The notes beneath the pieces are model-generated. The model was not told where the DNA came from and did no database searches. It saw only the letters and a program-made list of their open reading frames with translations. From contig CAVXLD010000014.1 in the NCBI GenBank assembly GCA_963762565.1, positions 32,001 to 96,000 of the forward strand: a stretch of 64,000 bases of DNA. Direction: 5' to 3'. Position numbers and translations under genes: made by a program. Positions 28,512 through 38,661 of this stretch are shown here, piece by piece. Source of the stretch: an uncultured Verrucomicrobiae bacterium (GTDB lineage: Bacteria; Verrucomicrobiota; Verrucomicrobiia; Chthoniobacterales; JAFAMB01). How positions within the stretch are numbered: position 1 is the stretch's first letter; each line of letters opens with the position of its first letter.

Positions 28512-29234
28512 TTAACGAGTCATGGCGACGTATTCTTCTTCGAGCTGGTGCCCGGTGGACACAATCTCTTCGCGAAGCTTATTATAAGCTGTTCCTAGGG
28601 ACGCTGACTGGAAAACAGGCTTGCCATCTTTGCCCGCCGGCCCCCAACTACCCCAATTTTTTTGGTAGAAGTCCAATAGCTTCTGGTGTTCTTCAGCGTA
28701 CTGCATCAGCAGAGAACTTTTCCGATTAATGGTTTCCCAGGGGAATGCTCCCAGCAAGATGGTTTTGAACTTGGACACGATCACCGGATCGACAGGAACC
28801 TTAGAGTTCCGCACCTCAGCATCGAAGTTCTTTTCCAAGCCCCGATAAAGGCCATTGACCTCGTTGGCTTTGTCTTTGAACTGTTGCAACAAGGTTCGCC
28901 ATTGATTGATCTCGTCAGCCGACGCGTAAGAGTTTGGATCGAGCCTGGCCGGTTTCTCTAAGAAGCTAAGGCGATGATATAGGTCGTTCTCTTCGACTTG
29001 GATCTGTCCGCAAAGTTTATTGCCTGCGGTTTGCAGGGTGGTCTTCTCGGCTTCAATAACTCTCTTTTGAGCCTCAGAAACCGATGCGCTGGGAGACGGA
29101 GCGGCGGAGGCGTGATCCATCGCGGACACAGCAGGGGCTTTGAGCATTGATTTCGCGTCTTGCCCCATGGCCCCAGAGCTGGCCCCAAAGAGTACGCTTA
29201 CGAGAATCCGCAGATACAGCGAGTACGACCTCAT
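28512..29234 (-). CDS. Exported hypothetical protein (paralog B)
   Basis: Starts MRSYS like paralog A; shares DL..RL...EK..R.DPN and FPW..I..K..LL..Y...H..LL.F...NW..W. Confidence 0.7.
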   Translation of the reverse strand: MRSYSLYLRILVSVLFGASSGAMGQDAKSMLKAPAVSAMDHASAAPSPSASVSEAQKRVIEAEKTTLQTAGNKLCGQIQVEENDLYHRLSFLEKPARLDPNSYASADEINQWRTLLQQFKDKANEVNGLYRGLEKNFDAEVRNSKVPVDPVIVSKFKTILLGAFPWETINRKSSLLMQYAEEHQKLLDFYQKNWGSWGPAGKDGKPVFQSASLGTAYNKLREEIVSTGHQLEEEYVAMTR

Positions 29235-29279
29235 TAGAAAGAGCCTTTCTCTTAGTTTTAAGAGTAGAAGCAAGGGAAA

Positions 29280-29615
29280 AAGGAGCTAGGAGCTAGAATC
29301 TAGGAGCTAGGAGTTAAGAGATTGGTCGCAGTTTTGGTGGGGCGAGGCTCCCGAATAGCCCGGCGAATGAACCGAAGGCGCACCGCAAGAACGCTGAGAG
29401 ATGACTTAGTAGGCCGATAGACGCGCCGAGCCGTTGCCCACGATAGACCACGGCTCGGCGCGATTTAAGGCCCAACAAATGGTGCGGGCTAGCCTTACCT
29501 ACCGCTTTGCTCTAACCTTTGGATTGTTCGGGAGCCTCGCCCCACCAAGGACGAGGACGATTACGCCCCCCTGGCACGCGCCTCCTAGCTCCTAGATTCT
29601 AGCTTCCAGCTCCTT
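29280..29615. mobile_element. (ggagcta) heptamer inverted arms enclosing a family-F REP/MITE element (29334-29548)
   Basis: aggagctaggagctagaatctaggagctaggag / ctcctagctcctagattctagcttccagctcct; F ends ttggtggggcgaggctcccgaa / ttcgggagcctcgccccaccaa. Confidence 0.85.
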
Positions 29616-29669
29616 CAGTATTGACCTCTGGTTGCGAAGTAACCGATGCTCTGCTAGCCAAGATCTCCA

Positions 29670-31175
29670 ATGCCCTCCATCCTAAAGATCCAAGGCATTT
29701 CTAAGCACTTTCCCGGTGTCCGGGCGTTACAGGAGGTTTCTTTCGAGGTCGAGGAGGGCGCTATCCACGCCGTCATGGGCGAAAATGGCGCCGGCAAGAG
29801 TACCTTGATGCAGGTGATTGCAGGGGTTCACCAGCCGGACGCCGGCGAACTCGAGCTCTTCGGCGAAAAAGTCCGATTTACTAACCCGGCAGAGGCGCAG
29901 GCCAAAGGGATCGCCATCGTTTACCAGGAACTCAACCTCGCCCAGAACCTGTCAATCGCGGAAAATATCTTTCTGGGTTCCGAACCTCGCACGGCCGGGG
30001 TGTTCCTGGATCGAGCTAAGCTGCGGGACGGGACGTTCAAAGTCTTCCAACGTCTCGGTATTCACTTTGACCCGGACACGATTGTTCAGAATTTGACCGT
30101 CGCCCAGCAGCAACTGATAGAAATCTGCAAAAGTTTGATCCGAAATCCGCGCTTGCTGATTCTGGATGAACCCACGTCGAGCCTTTCTGAGGTCGAATCG
30201 GCCATTCTCTTTCGGGTGATTGCTGACCTTCAGGCGCATGGGGTTACGATTGTTTATATTTCTCACCGGCTGCCGGAAGTGTTTTCGCTTTGCCAAGTCT
30301 TGACCGTCTTACGCGACGGGAAACATGTCCGGACGGTTAAGACCAGTGAGACCACCGAGGCCGAGGCAGTCCGAATGATGGTTGGGCGCGAGCTACTGGC
30401 TTTTCATCGAACTCCGGTCGAGTCGAAGGGCGAGGTGGTGCTGCGCGTCGAAGATCTGACCCGGAAGGGTCAATATGAAGGAATTACGTTCGAGGTTCGG
30501 CGAGGGGAGATCGTCGCACTGGCTGGGCTGATCGGCGCCGGCCGAACCGAGATGGCGCTAGGTATCTTTGGATCGCCTCCACCGGACCGAGGTCAAGTCT
30601 GGTTGAAAGGCAAGAAGGCGGTCTTCCGCCAACCAAAGTCTGCGGTGAATGCCGGGGTCGCTTATGTTCCTGAGGACCGAAAAACCATGGGCCTCATTCT
30701 TGGAGCTGGGGTAGGGACTAACATTTCTAGTGCGGCGCTGCGACGGTTGGCCCGTGGTCCGTTCGTAGATCGAGGCGCCGAGGATCGCTTGATTGGGAAA
30801 TATGTGGATCGACTGCGAGTACGGACCCCGAGCTTTGATCAAAGGACCGGGCTGCTGAGCGGAGGAAACCAACAGAAAGTTTTGCTGGCAAAGTGGTTGG
30901 CGGTTCAGCCCGCTATACTCATCGTGGACGAGCCAACCCGCGGAGTCGATATCGGCACCAAGGCGGAGATCTACGCGTTGTTCGAAGAACTTGTTCACGA
31001 CGGTATGGGGATTTTGGTGATTTCCAGCGACCTACCGGAAGTTCTCGCGTTGGCCGATCGTATTTTGATCATGCGTCACGGTCGCCTGACTGGCCAAGTC
31101 GATCGAGCCGAAGCCACGGAAGAGAAGGTGATGCATCTGGCGGCGCTGGGGGTGGCGGAAGCGAACGGTGATTAG
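29670..31175 (+). CDS. Sugar ABC transporter ATP-binding protein (RbsA/MglA type)
   Basis: GENGAGKST, LDEPTSSL, YVPEDRK, LSGGNQQKV, DEPTRGVDIG. Confidence 0.93.
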   Translation: MPSILKIQGISKHFPGVRALQEVSFEVEEGAIHAVMGENGAGKSTLMQVIAGVHQPDAGELELFGEKVRFTNPAEAQAKGIAIVYQELNLAQNLSIAENIFLGSEPRTAGVFLDRAKLRDGTFKVFQRLGIHFDPDTIVQNLTVAQQQLIEICKSLIRNPRLLILDEPTSSLSEVESAILFRVIADLQAHGVTIVYISHRLPEVFSLCQVLTVLRDGKHVRTVKTSETTEAEAVRMMVGRELLAFHRTPVESKGEVVLRVEDLTRKGQYEGITFEVRRGEIVALAGLIGAGRTEMALGIFGSPPPDRGQVWLKGKKAVFRQPKSAVNAGVAYVPEDRKTMGLILGAGVGTNISSAALRRLARGPFVDRGAEDRLIGKYVDRLRVRTPSFDQRTGLLSGGNQQKVLLAKWLAVQPAILIVDEPTRGVDIGTKAEIYALFEELVHDGMGILVISSDLPEVLALADRILIMRHGRLTGQVDRAEATEEKVMHLAALGVAEANGD

Positions 31176-31353
31176 TGATTGGTGATTAGTGATTGGTGGC
31201 GATCCAAATCGCCTGGAAATCCTCGTGGGTTAGCTCCAGGTTCCCGCATCGCGCAGAAAGACCCGAATTGTTCGACAACCAACGTGGGTTATTCGGGGAG
31301 CCGGTCCCGACCAATCACTAATCACTAATCACCATCACTAATCACTAATCACC
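31167..31353. repeat. (gtgattr) inverted-arm element with unique core, copy 1
   Basis: ggtgattagtgattgg.. / ..ccaatcactaatcac; core is similar to the reverse complement of 31843-31955. Confidence 0.85.
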
Positions 31354-31360
31354 TCTCACT

Positions 31361-31780
31361 ATGCAGTGGCTACTCTGGGCTCTTTTTTCCGCGCTTTTTG
31401 CCGGGCTGACGGCGGTGTTCGCAAAGATCGGGGTTGTGTCCATCAACTCAAATCTGGCGACAGCGATTCGCACCTCTATTATCGTGGTCATTACTTGGGG
31501 TATTGCGCTGAGCACTTCGCGAGTTGGTGACGTGCTTCGGTTGCCGGCGCGGTCCTGGTTGTTTCTATTTCTATCAGCGATTGCGACTGGTCTTTCGTGG
31601 CTTTGCTATTTCCGGGCTTTGCAGCTCGGTGAAGTGGCCAAAGTGGCTCCGATTGACAAGCTCAGCGTCGTGGTTGCCATCGTTATTTCGGTGCTCTTTC
31701 TAGGGGAGCGGCTCTCTGCTCGAGAAAGTTTCGGGGTAGTTCTGATTGTGTGCGGAGCGCTTTTTCTGGCGTGGAAGTAG
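31361..31780 (+). CDS. EamA/DMT family small membrane protein
   Basis: SALFAGLTAVFAKIG, LATAIRT, TGLSWLCYFRALQLG, VAPIDKLS. Confidence 0.9.
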   Translation: MQWLLWALFSALFAGLTAVFAKIGVVSINSNLATAIRTSIIVVITWGIALSTSRVGDVLRLPARSWLFLFLSAIATGLSWLCYFRALQLGEVAKVAPIDKLSVVVAIVISVLFLGERLSARESFGVVLIVCGALFLAWK

Positions 31781-31787
31781 GGGCGGA

Positions 31788-32016
31788 TTGGTAGGGCGAG
31801 GCTCCCGCAAGAAAGTGATTGGTGATTGGTGACTGGTGATTCGTTGGGGACAACGCCCGAGATTCACGATGTTTTCCCGAACGACTTTGGGGTCTCCTGG
31901 CGCGGTGCAAGAACCTGAGACTAACGCACAAGGATTTCCAGGCGATCCAGTCGCCACCAATCACCAATCACTAATCACTAATCACCATTTCTTCTCTGGG
32001 AGCCTTGCCCTACCAA
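31788..32016. mobile_element. Family-F ends enclosing copy 2 (inverted) of the gtgattg-arm element (31815-31986)
   Basis: ttggtagggcgaggctccc ... gggagccttgccctaccaa around heptamer arms. Confidence 0.82.
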
Positions 32017-32062
32017 CTTCTTACTTGCAAAGGCGTTCGCCCCTAGCCATAGAGCACCCGAA

Positions 32063-33823
32063 GTGAAATCCACTGCTCCACAACTCGCTGCTCCGCAAGG
32101 CCGGCGATCTTTTTCGTTTGTCGACATCTTGATCTTTGTTGGCGTCTTGGGGGTGCTCTGGAGCATTTTGGAGTTTGGAAAAGGCATGGTGGTAACGTTT
32201 GATGCGTCGACGCAATCGCTGCCAATTTCGACAGATCCTGTGCTGATTCCTTATTATGCCGGGCGCACTCTGCTCCGGATGTGGATTGCCTTTGGCTTCT
32301 CGCTCTTATTTACGTTCGCAGTTGGCTACGCCGCGGCCAAGAACAAGGTCGCTCGAGCATTGATCCTGCCCTTCCTGGACATCATGCAGTCTCTCCCGGT
32401 GCTCGGTTTTCTTACCATCACCATCACCTTTTTCATTGCGCTCTTTCCCGGCTCATTGCTGGGCGTCGAATGCGCCAGCATTTTTGCGATCTTTACCGGC
32501 CAAGTGTGGAACATGACCTTTGGATTTTATCACTCCATGGTCACGATTCCGCAGGATCTTCAGGAGGCAGCTACAAACTTCCAGCTGCGACCTTTTCAAC
32601 GGTTTAGAAAACTGGAAGTCCCGGCGTCGATGCACAGTCTTATCTGGAATGCGATGATGTCATTTGGCGGGGGATGGTTTTTTGTGATCCAGAGCGAATC
32701 CGTTAGCGTTTTGGCCAAAAACATCCAGCTGCCGGGGCTCGGCTCTTACATGGCAACAGCGATAGCCAAGGGAGATAGCTCGGGTGCATTTTGGGGAATT
32801 CTGACGATGCTGATCGTGATCTTTGCATCGGATCAACTAATTTGGCGACCTCTGCTGGTGTGGGCAGACAAGTTCAAAATGGAGCTGACCGAGTCGGCCT
32901 ATTCTCCGAGGTCGTGGTTCTATAATTTATTACGTCGAGCCTATATCTTCGACTGGATCGAGGAGCATGTCTTGATTCCGGTGGCTGGTTTTTATCAAGA
33001 TCTGCGGATGAAGCTCTCGGCGGCCAAGGTTGCTGCCGGGCCAACGAAACCGTCTAAGACCAGCCGCTATATTTGGCGGTCGCTCGGTCTACTCTTGCTG
33101 TTATGGCTCCTGGTTGAGCTTGTCCTTGGGGTGATGGCCGGTTTTGACGCCGTGTATCGCCATGTCTCCCTGAACGATATTGCCAATATCTTCTGGTTAG
33201 GATTTTTGACGCTTTTGCGGGTATTTGCGGTCACTCTTTTGGCCACTTTGATTTGGACGCCGATCGGCGTTTGGATCGGTTCCAAACAACGGGTCGCAAT
33301 GTTCGCTCAACCGTTGGCGCAGATCTTCGCCTCGTTCCCGGCTAATATGGCCTATCCCTTCGTGGTCGGTGTATTCATCCGGTATCACATCGACATGAAT
33401 TGGGGGTGTATTTTGCTGATCGCGATGGGCACCCAATGGTATATCCTGTTCAATGTGATTGCCGGGGCCATGGCTATCCCGAATGATCTTAAGGAAGCCG
33501 CCAAGAACTATGGGCTGGGTGGCTGGCCATTATGGAAGAGATTGATCCTGCCGGCGATATTTCCGTTTTGGATAACCGGCGCGTGTACGGCGGCGGGCGG
33601 TGCCTGGAATGCCACCATAGCAGCCGAAATTGCCAATTGGGGTGACCAACATCTTGAGGCAAGCGGCCTGGGAGCCTTTATTGCGGACGTTAGTCAGAAG
33701 GCGGATGGGACGCCTTTGTTAATTTGCGCGATCGCCGTGATGGCGATCTTCGTCGTAGTAATCAACAAATTATTATGGCGGCGCTTGTACAGTTATGCCG
33801 AACACCGGTTCCATTTAGATTGA
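32063..33823 (+). CDS. NitT/TauT-type ABC permease, two membrane domains
   Basis: LDIMQSLPVLGFL, FTGQVWNM, WNAMMSFGGGWFF, GTQWYILFNVIAG, GGAWNA. Confidence 0.88.
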   Translation: MKSTAPQLAAPQGRRSFSFVDILIFVGVLGVLWSILEFGKGMVVTFDASTQSLPISTDPVLIPYYAGRTLLRMWIAFGFSLLFTFAVGYAAAKNKVARALILPFLDIMQSLPVLGFLTITITFFIALFPGSLLGVECASIFAIFTGQVWNMTFGFYHSMVTIPQDLQEAATNFQLRPFQRFRKLEVPASMHSLIWNAMMSFGGGWFFVIQSESVSVLAKNIQLPGLGSYMATAIAKGDSSGAFWGILTMLIVIFASDQLIWRPLLVWADKFKMELTESAYSPRSWFYNLLRRAYIFDWIEEHVLIPVAGFYQDLRMKLSAAKVAAGPTKPSKTSRYIWRSLGLLLLLWLLVELVLGVMAGFDAVYRHVSLNDIANIFWLGFLTLLRVFAVTLLATLIWTPIGVWIGSKQRVAMFAQPLAQIFASFPANMAYPFVVGVFIRYHIDMNWGCILLIAMGTQWYILFNVIAGAMAIPNDLKEAAKNYGLGGWPLWKRLILPAIFPFWITGACTAAGGAWNATIAAEIANWGDQHLEASGLGAFIADVSQKADGTPLLICAIAVMAIFVVVINKLLWRRLYSYAEHRFHLD

Positions 33824-33828
33824 TTCTT

Positions 33829-35190
33829 ATGTCCACTGAGCTCACCTCAGCCCCGAGCCCCGTTTCGACCGAAGCTCCAGCGATAGCGGAACTGCGCAGC
33901 GTCTCTAAAAGCTTTACCGTCGGTCACGGCCGCGAAATGAAGGTTCTGGATCAGATCGATTTGTCGATTCGAGAAGGCGAGCTGTTAGCACTTCTGGGAC
34001 AATCCGGGTCGGGCAAGTCGACGCTACTGCGATGTCTCACCGGTCTGACCAAACCCACGAATGGGCGGGTCCTCTGCTACGGAGAACCATTGGAAGGAAT
34101 CAATCCTTATGCTTCCATTGTGTTTCAGACGTTCGCGCTTTTTCCTTGGCTTACGGTTGAACAAAACGTGATGGTGGGTTTGGAAGCGAAAAGGATGTCG
34201 CGATCTGAAAAAGCAGAGGCGGTTGATAAGGCAATCGATCTGATCGGCCTCAACAACTATCACTCTGCCTACCCGCGGGAAATTTCGGGCGGCATGAGGC
34301 AACGAGTCGGGATTGCCCGAGCGCTGGTCTCGCGACCCAAGATCCTTTGTCTCGATGAAGCATTCAGCGCCCTCGATGTGTTGACTGCTGAAGGTCTGCG
34401 AGAGGAAGTGGTCAGTTTATGGCGAGGATCCGGCAACACGTTATCGAGCATCTTCATGGTTACGCATAACATCGAAGAAGCAGTGCAGATGGCGACGCGC
34501 ATTTGTATTCTATTCCCGCACCCTGGCCGCCTCGGACTAATATTAGAGAATAATTTGCCGTATCCGCGGGCCACGAATCACCCGGAATTTCAGCGACTCA
34601 TGAATTTGATTCATGACACAATCACCCAACAGGCGCTGCCCGATCTTCCACCGGAACCGCCGCCTGGTCCAGGCAGGCCGATCTCTCGGGCCCGCGCTCG
34701 TATGGAGTCAATCCCGACAGTTGGGGTTAACCAGATCCTCGGCTTGATCAGCATCCTTCATGATTCTCCTGATCTCGACAATATCTACGATGTCTCCGAC
34801 GAGATCGGTAAAGATTTTGGTGAGACCATTGCTATTGTGAAGGCGGCCGAGATTCTCGAGTTCGTTAATACGCCAAAAGACGACGTGCAGTTGACGGACT
34901 TAGGTAAACGTTTCTTTGAATCGGATCGGCAAACCCGGAAGACCATCTTTGCCGAGCAGGTGCAAAAGCTTCGCCTATTCCACATTATCCTCGCTTACTT
35001 GGAGGTTCAGAAAGAGGTGTCGGGCGAAACGGTCACGCACGATATTGCAGCCGCGTTGCCCTATGAGAATCCGGAGAAAATCCTGAAGACCATGATCGCG
35101 TGGGGCCGTTATGCCGGTTTAATGGATTTCAATACTAACACCGGCATGGTGGTAATCCCCGAAGAGGAAGACGAAGAAGAAGAAGCCTAA
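33829..35190 (+). CDS. NitT/TauT-type ABC ATPase with C-terminal AAA-associated domain
   Basis: GQSGSGKST, ISGGMRQRVG, LDEAFSALD, MVTHNIEEAV, C-terminal WGRYA. Confidence 0.9.
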   Translation: MSTELTSAPSPVSTEAPAIAELRSVSKSFTVGHGREMKVLDQIDLSIREGELLALLGQSGSGKSTLLRCLTGLTKPTNGRVLCYGEPLEGINPYASIVFQTFALFPWLTVEQNVMVGLEAKRMSRSEKAEAVDKAIDLIGLNNYHSAYPREISGGMRQRVGIARALVSRPKILCLDEAFSALDVLTAEGLREEVVSLWRGSGNTLSSIFMVTHNIEEAVQMATRICILFPHPGRLGLILENNLPYPRATNHPEFQRLMNLIHDTITQQALPDLPPEPPPGPGRPISRARARMESIPTVGVNQILGLISILHDSPDLDNIYDVSDEIGKDFGETIAIVKAAEILEFVNTPKDDVQLTDLGKRFFESDRQTRKTIFAEQVQKLRLFHIILAYLEVQKEVSGETVTHDIAAALPYENPEKILKTMIAWGRYAGLMDFNTNTGMVVIPEEEDEEEEA

Positions 35191-35235
35191 GGAGTGAGTT
35201 TGCCCAAACTGTACGCTTCCACCAGAGCCATCGCT

Positions 35236-35409
35236 GGGAGGGATCGCGTCCTCGCGATCCGTCGTTTCCAGGGTGTAGCTTCTGATAGACCATGGCCCAA
35301 TCCGTCAGCTGGTATCGCGTCCACAGCGCGCGAGGATCCGACGTCGCCCCGGTGGGAGAAAGATCGACTGGATCCATCAGGCTATGTCGGACAGGCAGCG
35401 CGCCCTCCC
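35236..35409. mobile_element. Family-B element carrying a ~60-bp family-C-related insert
   Basis: gggagggatcgcgtcctcgcgatccg ... atccgacgtcgcc..ggctatgtcggacaggc ... gcgcgccctccc. Confidence 0.78.
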
Positions 35410-35417
35410 GGAGCGTC

Positions 35418-36572
35418 ATGAGATCTGTTGTTGAATCTGATAGACCTGCGGCGTTTGCTAACGTTAGCCACGAGGGTGGGGACGCGACCATCGCAATAGG
35501 TGGCGCCTGGCATCTAAAAGCTTCCACGCGTCCTAAATCAGCGACCACTCTCCATGAAGTCGAGTCGGCAAACGGGGTCACCCGCGTTCGTTGTGTTAGT
35601 CAAGACTTAGGATCCTGGGATAGCAGCTTGCTTCTGTTTCTATCCGAGATCGACGCGTGGTGCCAGGAACACCGGGTAACGCTTGATCTGCAAAGTCTGC
35701 CGGAGGGAGTTGATAGCCTGATTGCGTTGGCCAAAGCGGTGCCGGAGGCTGAAACCAAGAGCCTTGGGCCGCGCCACGTCTCATTCCTCTACCGGCTTGG
35801 GACTTGGGCAATCGGGCAATCGGACGCGCTTACCGCTGCGGCGACTTTCATCGGCGAGTGTGTTCTGAGCCTTAGACGGATTGCCATCGGCAAAGGGAAA
35901 GTCGATTGGCGGCTCTTTTGGTTAACCCTGGAGGAATCTGGCGCCCAAGCGTTGCCCATCGTGGGTCTCATTAGTTTTTTGACCGGACTGATTCTTGCGT
36001 TTGTGGCATCGATTCAATTGCGCCAATTCGGAGCCGGCATCTACGTGGCGAATTTGGTGGCAGTCGCCATGGCCCGAGAAATGGGCGCGATTATGACGGG
36101 AGTGATTATGGCCGGCCGAACGGGTGCAGCCTTTGCCGCCCAAATAGGCAGCATGAAGGTCTCCGAGGAGCTCGATGCTCTCGAAACGCTGGCCATATCG
36201 CCGATGGACTTCTTAGTTTCGCCCCGAGTGGTGGCGCTTTTTCTTATGATGCCGCTGCTCGGGTTTTATGCCGATCTGCTGGGAGTTGCCGGTGGTGCGG
36301 TGGTCGGGCTGGGTGTCCTCCACATCAGTCTGATTCAATATTGGAATCAGACGGTTGGCTCGATGGGATTGGAAGACATCCTCACGGGAGTAGGCAAATC
36401 GGCGGTTTTCGGAGTGATCGTGGCCTTAACCGGATGCCAACGCGGTATGAACTGCCAGAACAACGCCGCCGCGGTGGGGAATGCTGCTACCTCGGCTGTA
36501 GTGCTTGCCATCACTTGGATCGTCGCTTGTGATGCCATCATTGATGTGGTGTTGGAGGTGTTGAAGCTGTAG
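35418..36572 (+). CDS. mlaE: MlaE-family ABC permease with N-terminal STAS-like domain
   Basis: ALPIVGLISFLTG, REMGAIMTG, AGRTGAAFAAQIGSMKVSEELDAL, VGNAATSAVV. Confidence 0.85.
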   Translation: MRSVVESDRPAAFANVSHEGGDATIAIGGAWHLKASTRPKSATTLHEVESANGVTRVRCVSQDLGSWDSSLLLFLSEIDAWCQEHRVTLDLQSLPEGVDSLIALAKAVPEAETKSLGPRHVSFLYRLGTWAIGQSDALTAAATFIGECVLSLRRIAIGKGKVDWRLFWLTLEESGAQALPIVGLISFLTGLILAFVASIQLRQFGAGIYVANLVAVAMAREMGAIMTGVIMAGRTGAAFAAQIGSMKVSEELDALETLAISPMDFLVSPRVVALFLMMPLLGFYADLLGVAGGAVVGLGVLHISLIQYWNQTVGSMGLEDILTGVGKSAVFGVIVALTGCQRGMNCQNNAAAVGNAATSAVVLAITWIVACDAIIDVVLEVLKL

Positions 36573-36594
36573 GGGAGGCCGCGGCACGATTGCG

Positions 36595-36717
36595 GGGAGG
36601 GCGCGCAGCCTCGCGCGCCGCGAGGACATGGCACAACACAAAGGTCTATTTTTGTCCGCGATCAGAATACGTCCTCGGCTTCTGTAACAAACGGATCGCG
36701 AGGACGCGATCCCTCCC
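36595..36717. mobile_element. 123-bp family-B element inside the mla-like operon
   Basis: gggagggcgcgcagcctcgcgcgcc ... ggatcgcgaggacgcgatccctccc. Confidence 0.82.
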
Positions 36718-36796
36718 ATACGAGAACGAAAGCGCGTGGTGAGTGGCCGAGTTTGACGCGCATTCTTAACTCAGGCACCCTAGACACTCAATTTAA

Positions 36797-37633
36797 GTGG
36801 ACACAAAAGGAAGCTTGGCTACCTCCGATCATAGCAACGACGCAAAAGAAAGCGGTCCAACGGCTGCACGGCCTCCCGCTATCGAAGTGCGTGATCTAAT
36901 GATGAACTACGGATCGTACGTAGTAATGCAGGACATTAATTTTACCGTGGAGGCTGGCCAGGTCTTTGTGATCATGGGCGGAAGCGGTTGCGGCAAAAGC
37001 ACTCTGTTAAAATATATGATCGGTTTGAAACCGGTCGAGAAAGGAGACATTTACTACCACGGACGAAGCTTTTCCAAAGCGAGCGAAGACGAAAAGGAAG
37101 AGGTCCAAAGGTCATTCGGTGTTTTGTATCAAGGCGGGGCTTTGTGGAGTTCTCGCACCCTGGGAGAAAATGTGGCTCTACCTTTGGAGGAGTACACCAA
37201 GCTGTCCAGCCACGAGATTAGAGAACTTAGTTCCCTCAAACTTTCACTGGTCGGCCTCAAAGGTTTCGAGGATTTTTACCCGTCAGAGATTAGCGGTGGC
37301 ATGCGCAAACGTGCGGGTTTGGCGCGAGCGATGTCGCTTGATCCAGAGATCCTCTTTTTCGACGAACCTTCGGCCGGTCTGGATCCGATCAGCTCCCGCC
37401 GACTTGATGACCTGATTCTCCGGCTGCGTGACAGCTTGGGGACGACCGTGGTAGTAGTGACGCATGAATTAGCTTCCATCTTCGCGATCGCAGATACAGC
37501 TATCTTTCTCGACGCCGAAACCAAGAGGATGCTCGTCCAAGGCGATCCGAAAGAGTTAGTGAAAGAAGGCAATAGCGATCCTAAGGTCCGGACGTTCCTA
37601 CTCCGCGGCCAGCCGGTGGAAGAATCAAAATGA
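36797..37633 (+). CDS. mlaF: MlaF-family ABC ATPase
   Basis: GGSGCGKST, ISGGMRKRAGLARA, DEPSAGLDP, VVTHEL. Confidence 0.88.
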   Translation: MDTKGSLATSDHSNDAKESGPTAARPPAIEVRDLMMNYGSYVVMQDINFTVEAGQVFVIMGGSGCGKSTLLKYMIGLKPVEKGDIYYHGRSFSKASEDEKEEVQRSFGVLYQGGALWSSRTLGENVALPLEEYTKLSSHEIRELSSLKLSLVGLKGFEDFYPSEISGGMRKRAGLARAMSLDPEILFFDEPSAGLDPISSRRLDDLILRLRDSLGTTVVVVTHELASIFAIADTAIFLDAETKRMLVQGDPKELVKEGNSDPKVRTFLLRGQPVEESK

Positions 37634-37657
37634 GTACGATCAAGATGGGTACGAACA

Positions 37658-38656
37658 ATGAGTACTAAAGCCAACCCTACCCTGATAGGAGTTTTTGTTC
37701 TTGGGGCAATCCTTATCGCGATCGGCGCCGTCTTCTTTTTCGGCTCTGCCGATCTATTCGCGAAGAAGCAGACCTACGTTTCCTATTTTACTCAATCAAT
37801 CAGCGGTCTGTCGGTGGGCTCTAACGTGAAGTTCAAGGGAGTCAATATCGGCAAAGTCACGCAGATTTTGCTTGGGATCGGCGAAAAGGATCAGCCGGCC
37901 TACGCGAAGGTCTTCTATCAAGTTGACCAAAATGTTATCGTCAGAGATTTCGGGCGCGGTAATCCGCACTTCAATCTTTTCGACATCGAACTGACGAAGC
38001 AACGGGTGGACCAGGGGTTACGCGCTCGCTTGGATTTCGAGAGCTTGATCAGCGGTCAATTGTTTGTATCCATCGATTTCATCAAGGAGCCAGCGCCGTT
38101 CACCTATCATGACAATCCAAATGATCATGCCATCGAGATTCCGGTACAGCCGTCCGATATCGAAGCGATCCTGACAAATCTAACCAAGGCAATCAGCAAC
38201 ATCGGTAACGTGGATTTCTTGGCGATCTCAAAGGATCTGGAGGCTTTGCTGACTAGCGCCAAAACTGCGATTGATGAATTGGATTTGGCAGGAATTGGGA
38301 AGTCCGTTAACAACTTGCTAAATGGTCCGGAATTGAACGGCGCTCTGACCAGCGTGAAAACCGCTTTTGACCAGATGGATGTTACTCTCAAGAAACTTCA
38401 GAACGAACTCGACCCGATCACGGCGAACCTGAATCCGACTCTGGAAGAGGCGAAGAAAACAATGGCACAACTCGAGGATGCAACGCGTAACCTCGATAAA
38501 ATGCTGAGCTCAAATTCAAGTTTTCGGTATCAATTGGACAGCACTTTATCGCAGATCGGCTCTGCGGCTGACGCTCTACAGCGTCTATCGGAGTTTCTGG
38601 AACGGAATCCTAATTCGATCATTTTCGGTCGCAAACCAGCGAAATCACCACAATAA
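37658..38656 (+). CDS. MCE/MlaD-domain protein (PqiB-like)
   Basis: KANPTLIGVFV, GLSVGSNVKFKGVNIGKV, helical region, LERNPNSIIFG. Confidence 0.88.
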   Translation: MSTKANPTLIGVFVLGAILIAIGAVFFFGSADLFAKKQTYVSYFTQSISGLSVGSNVKFKGVNIGKVTQILLGIGEKDQPAYAKVFYQVDQNVIVRDFGRGNPHFNLFDIELTKQRVDQGLRARLDFESLISGQLFVSIDFIKEPAPFTYHDNPNDHAIEIPVQPSDIEAILTNLTKAISNIGNVDFLAISKDLEALLTSAKTAIDELDLAGIGKSVNNLLNGPELNGALTSVKTAFDQMDVTLKKLQNELDPITANLNPTLEEAKKTMAQLEDATRNLDKMLSSNSSFRYQLDSTLSQIGSAADALQRLSEFLERNPNSIIFGRKPAKSPQ

Positions 38657-38661
38657 ATGCG

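Noticed and set aside
35292..35417. Upstream extension of the mlaE-like ORF
   Set aside because: Falls within a family-B element; start at 35418 is more plausible
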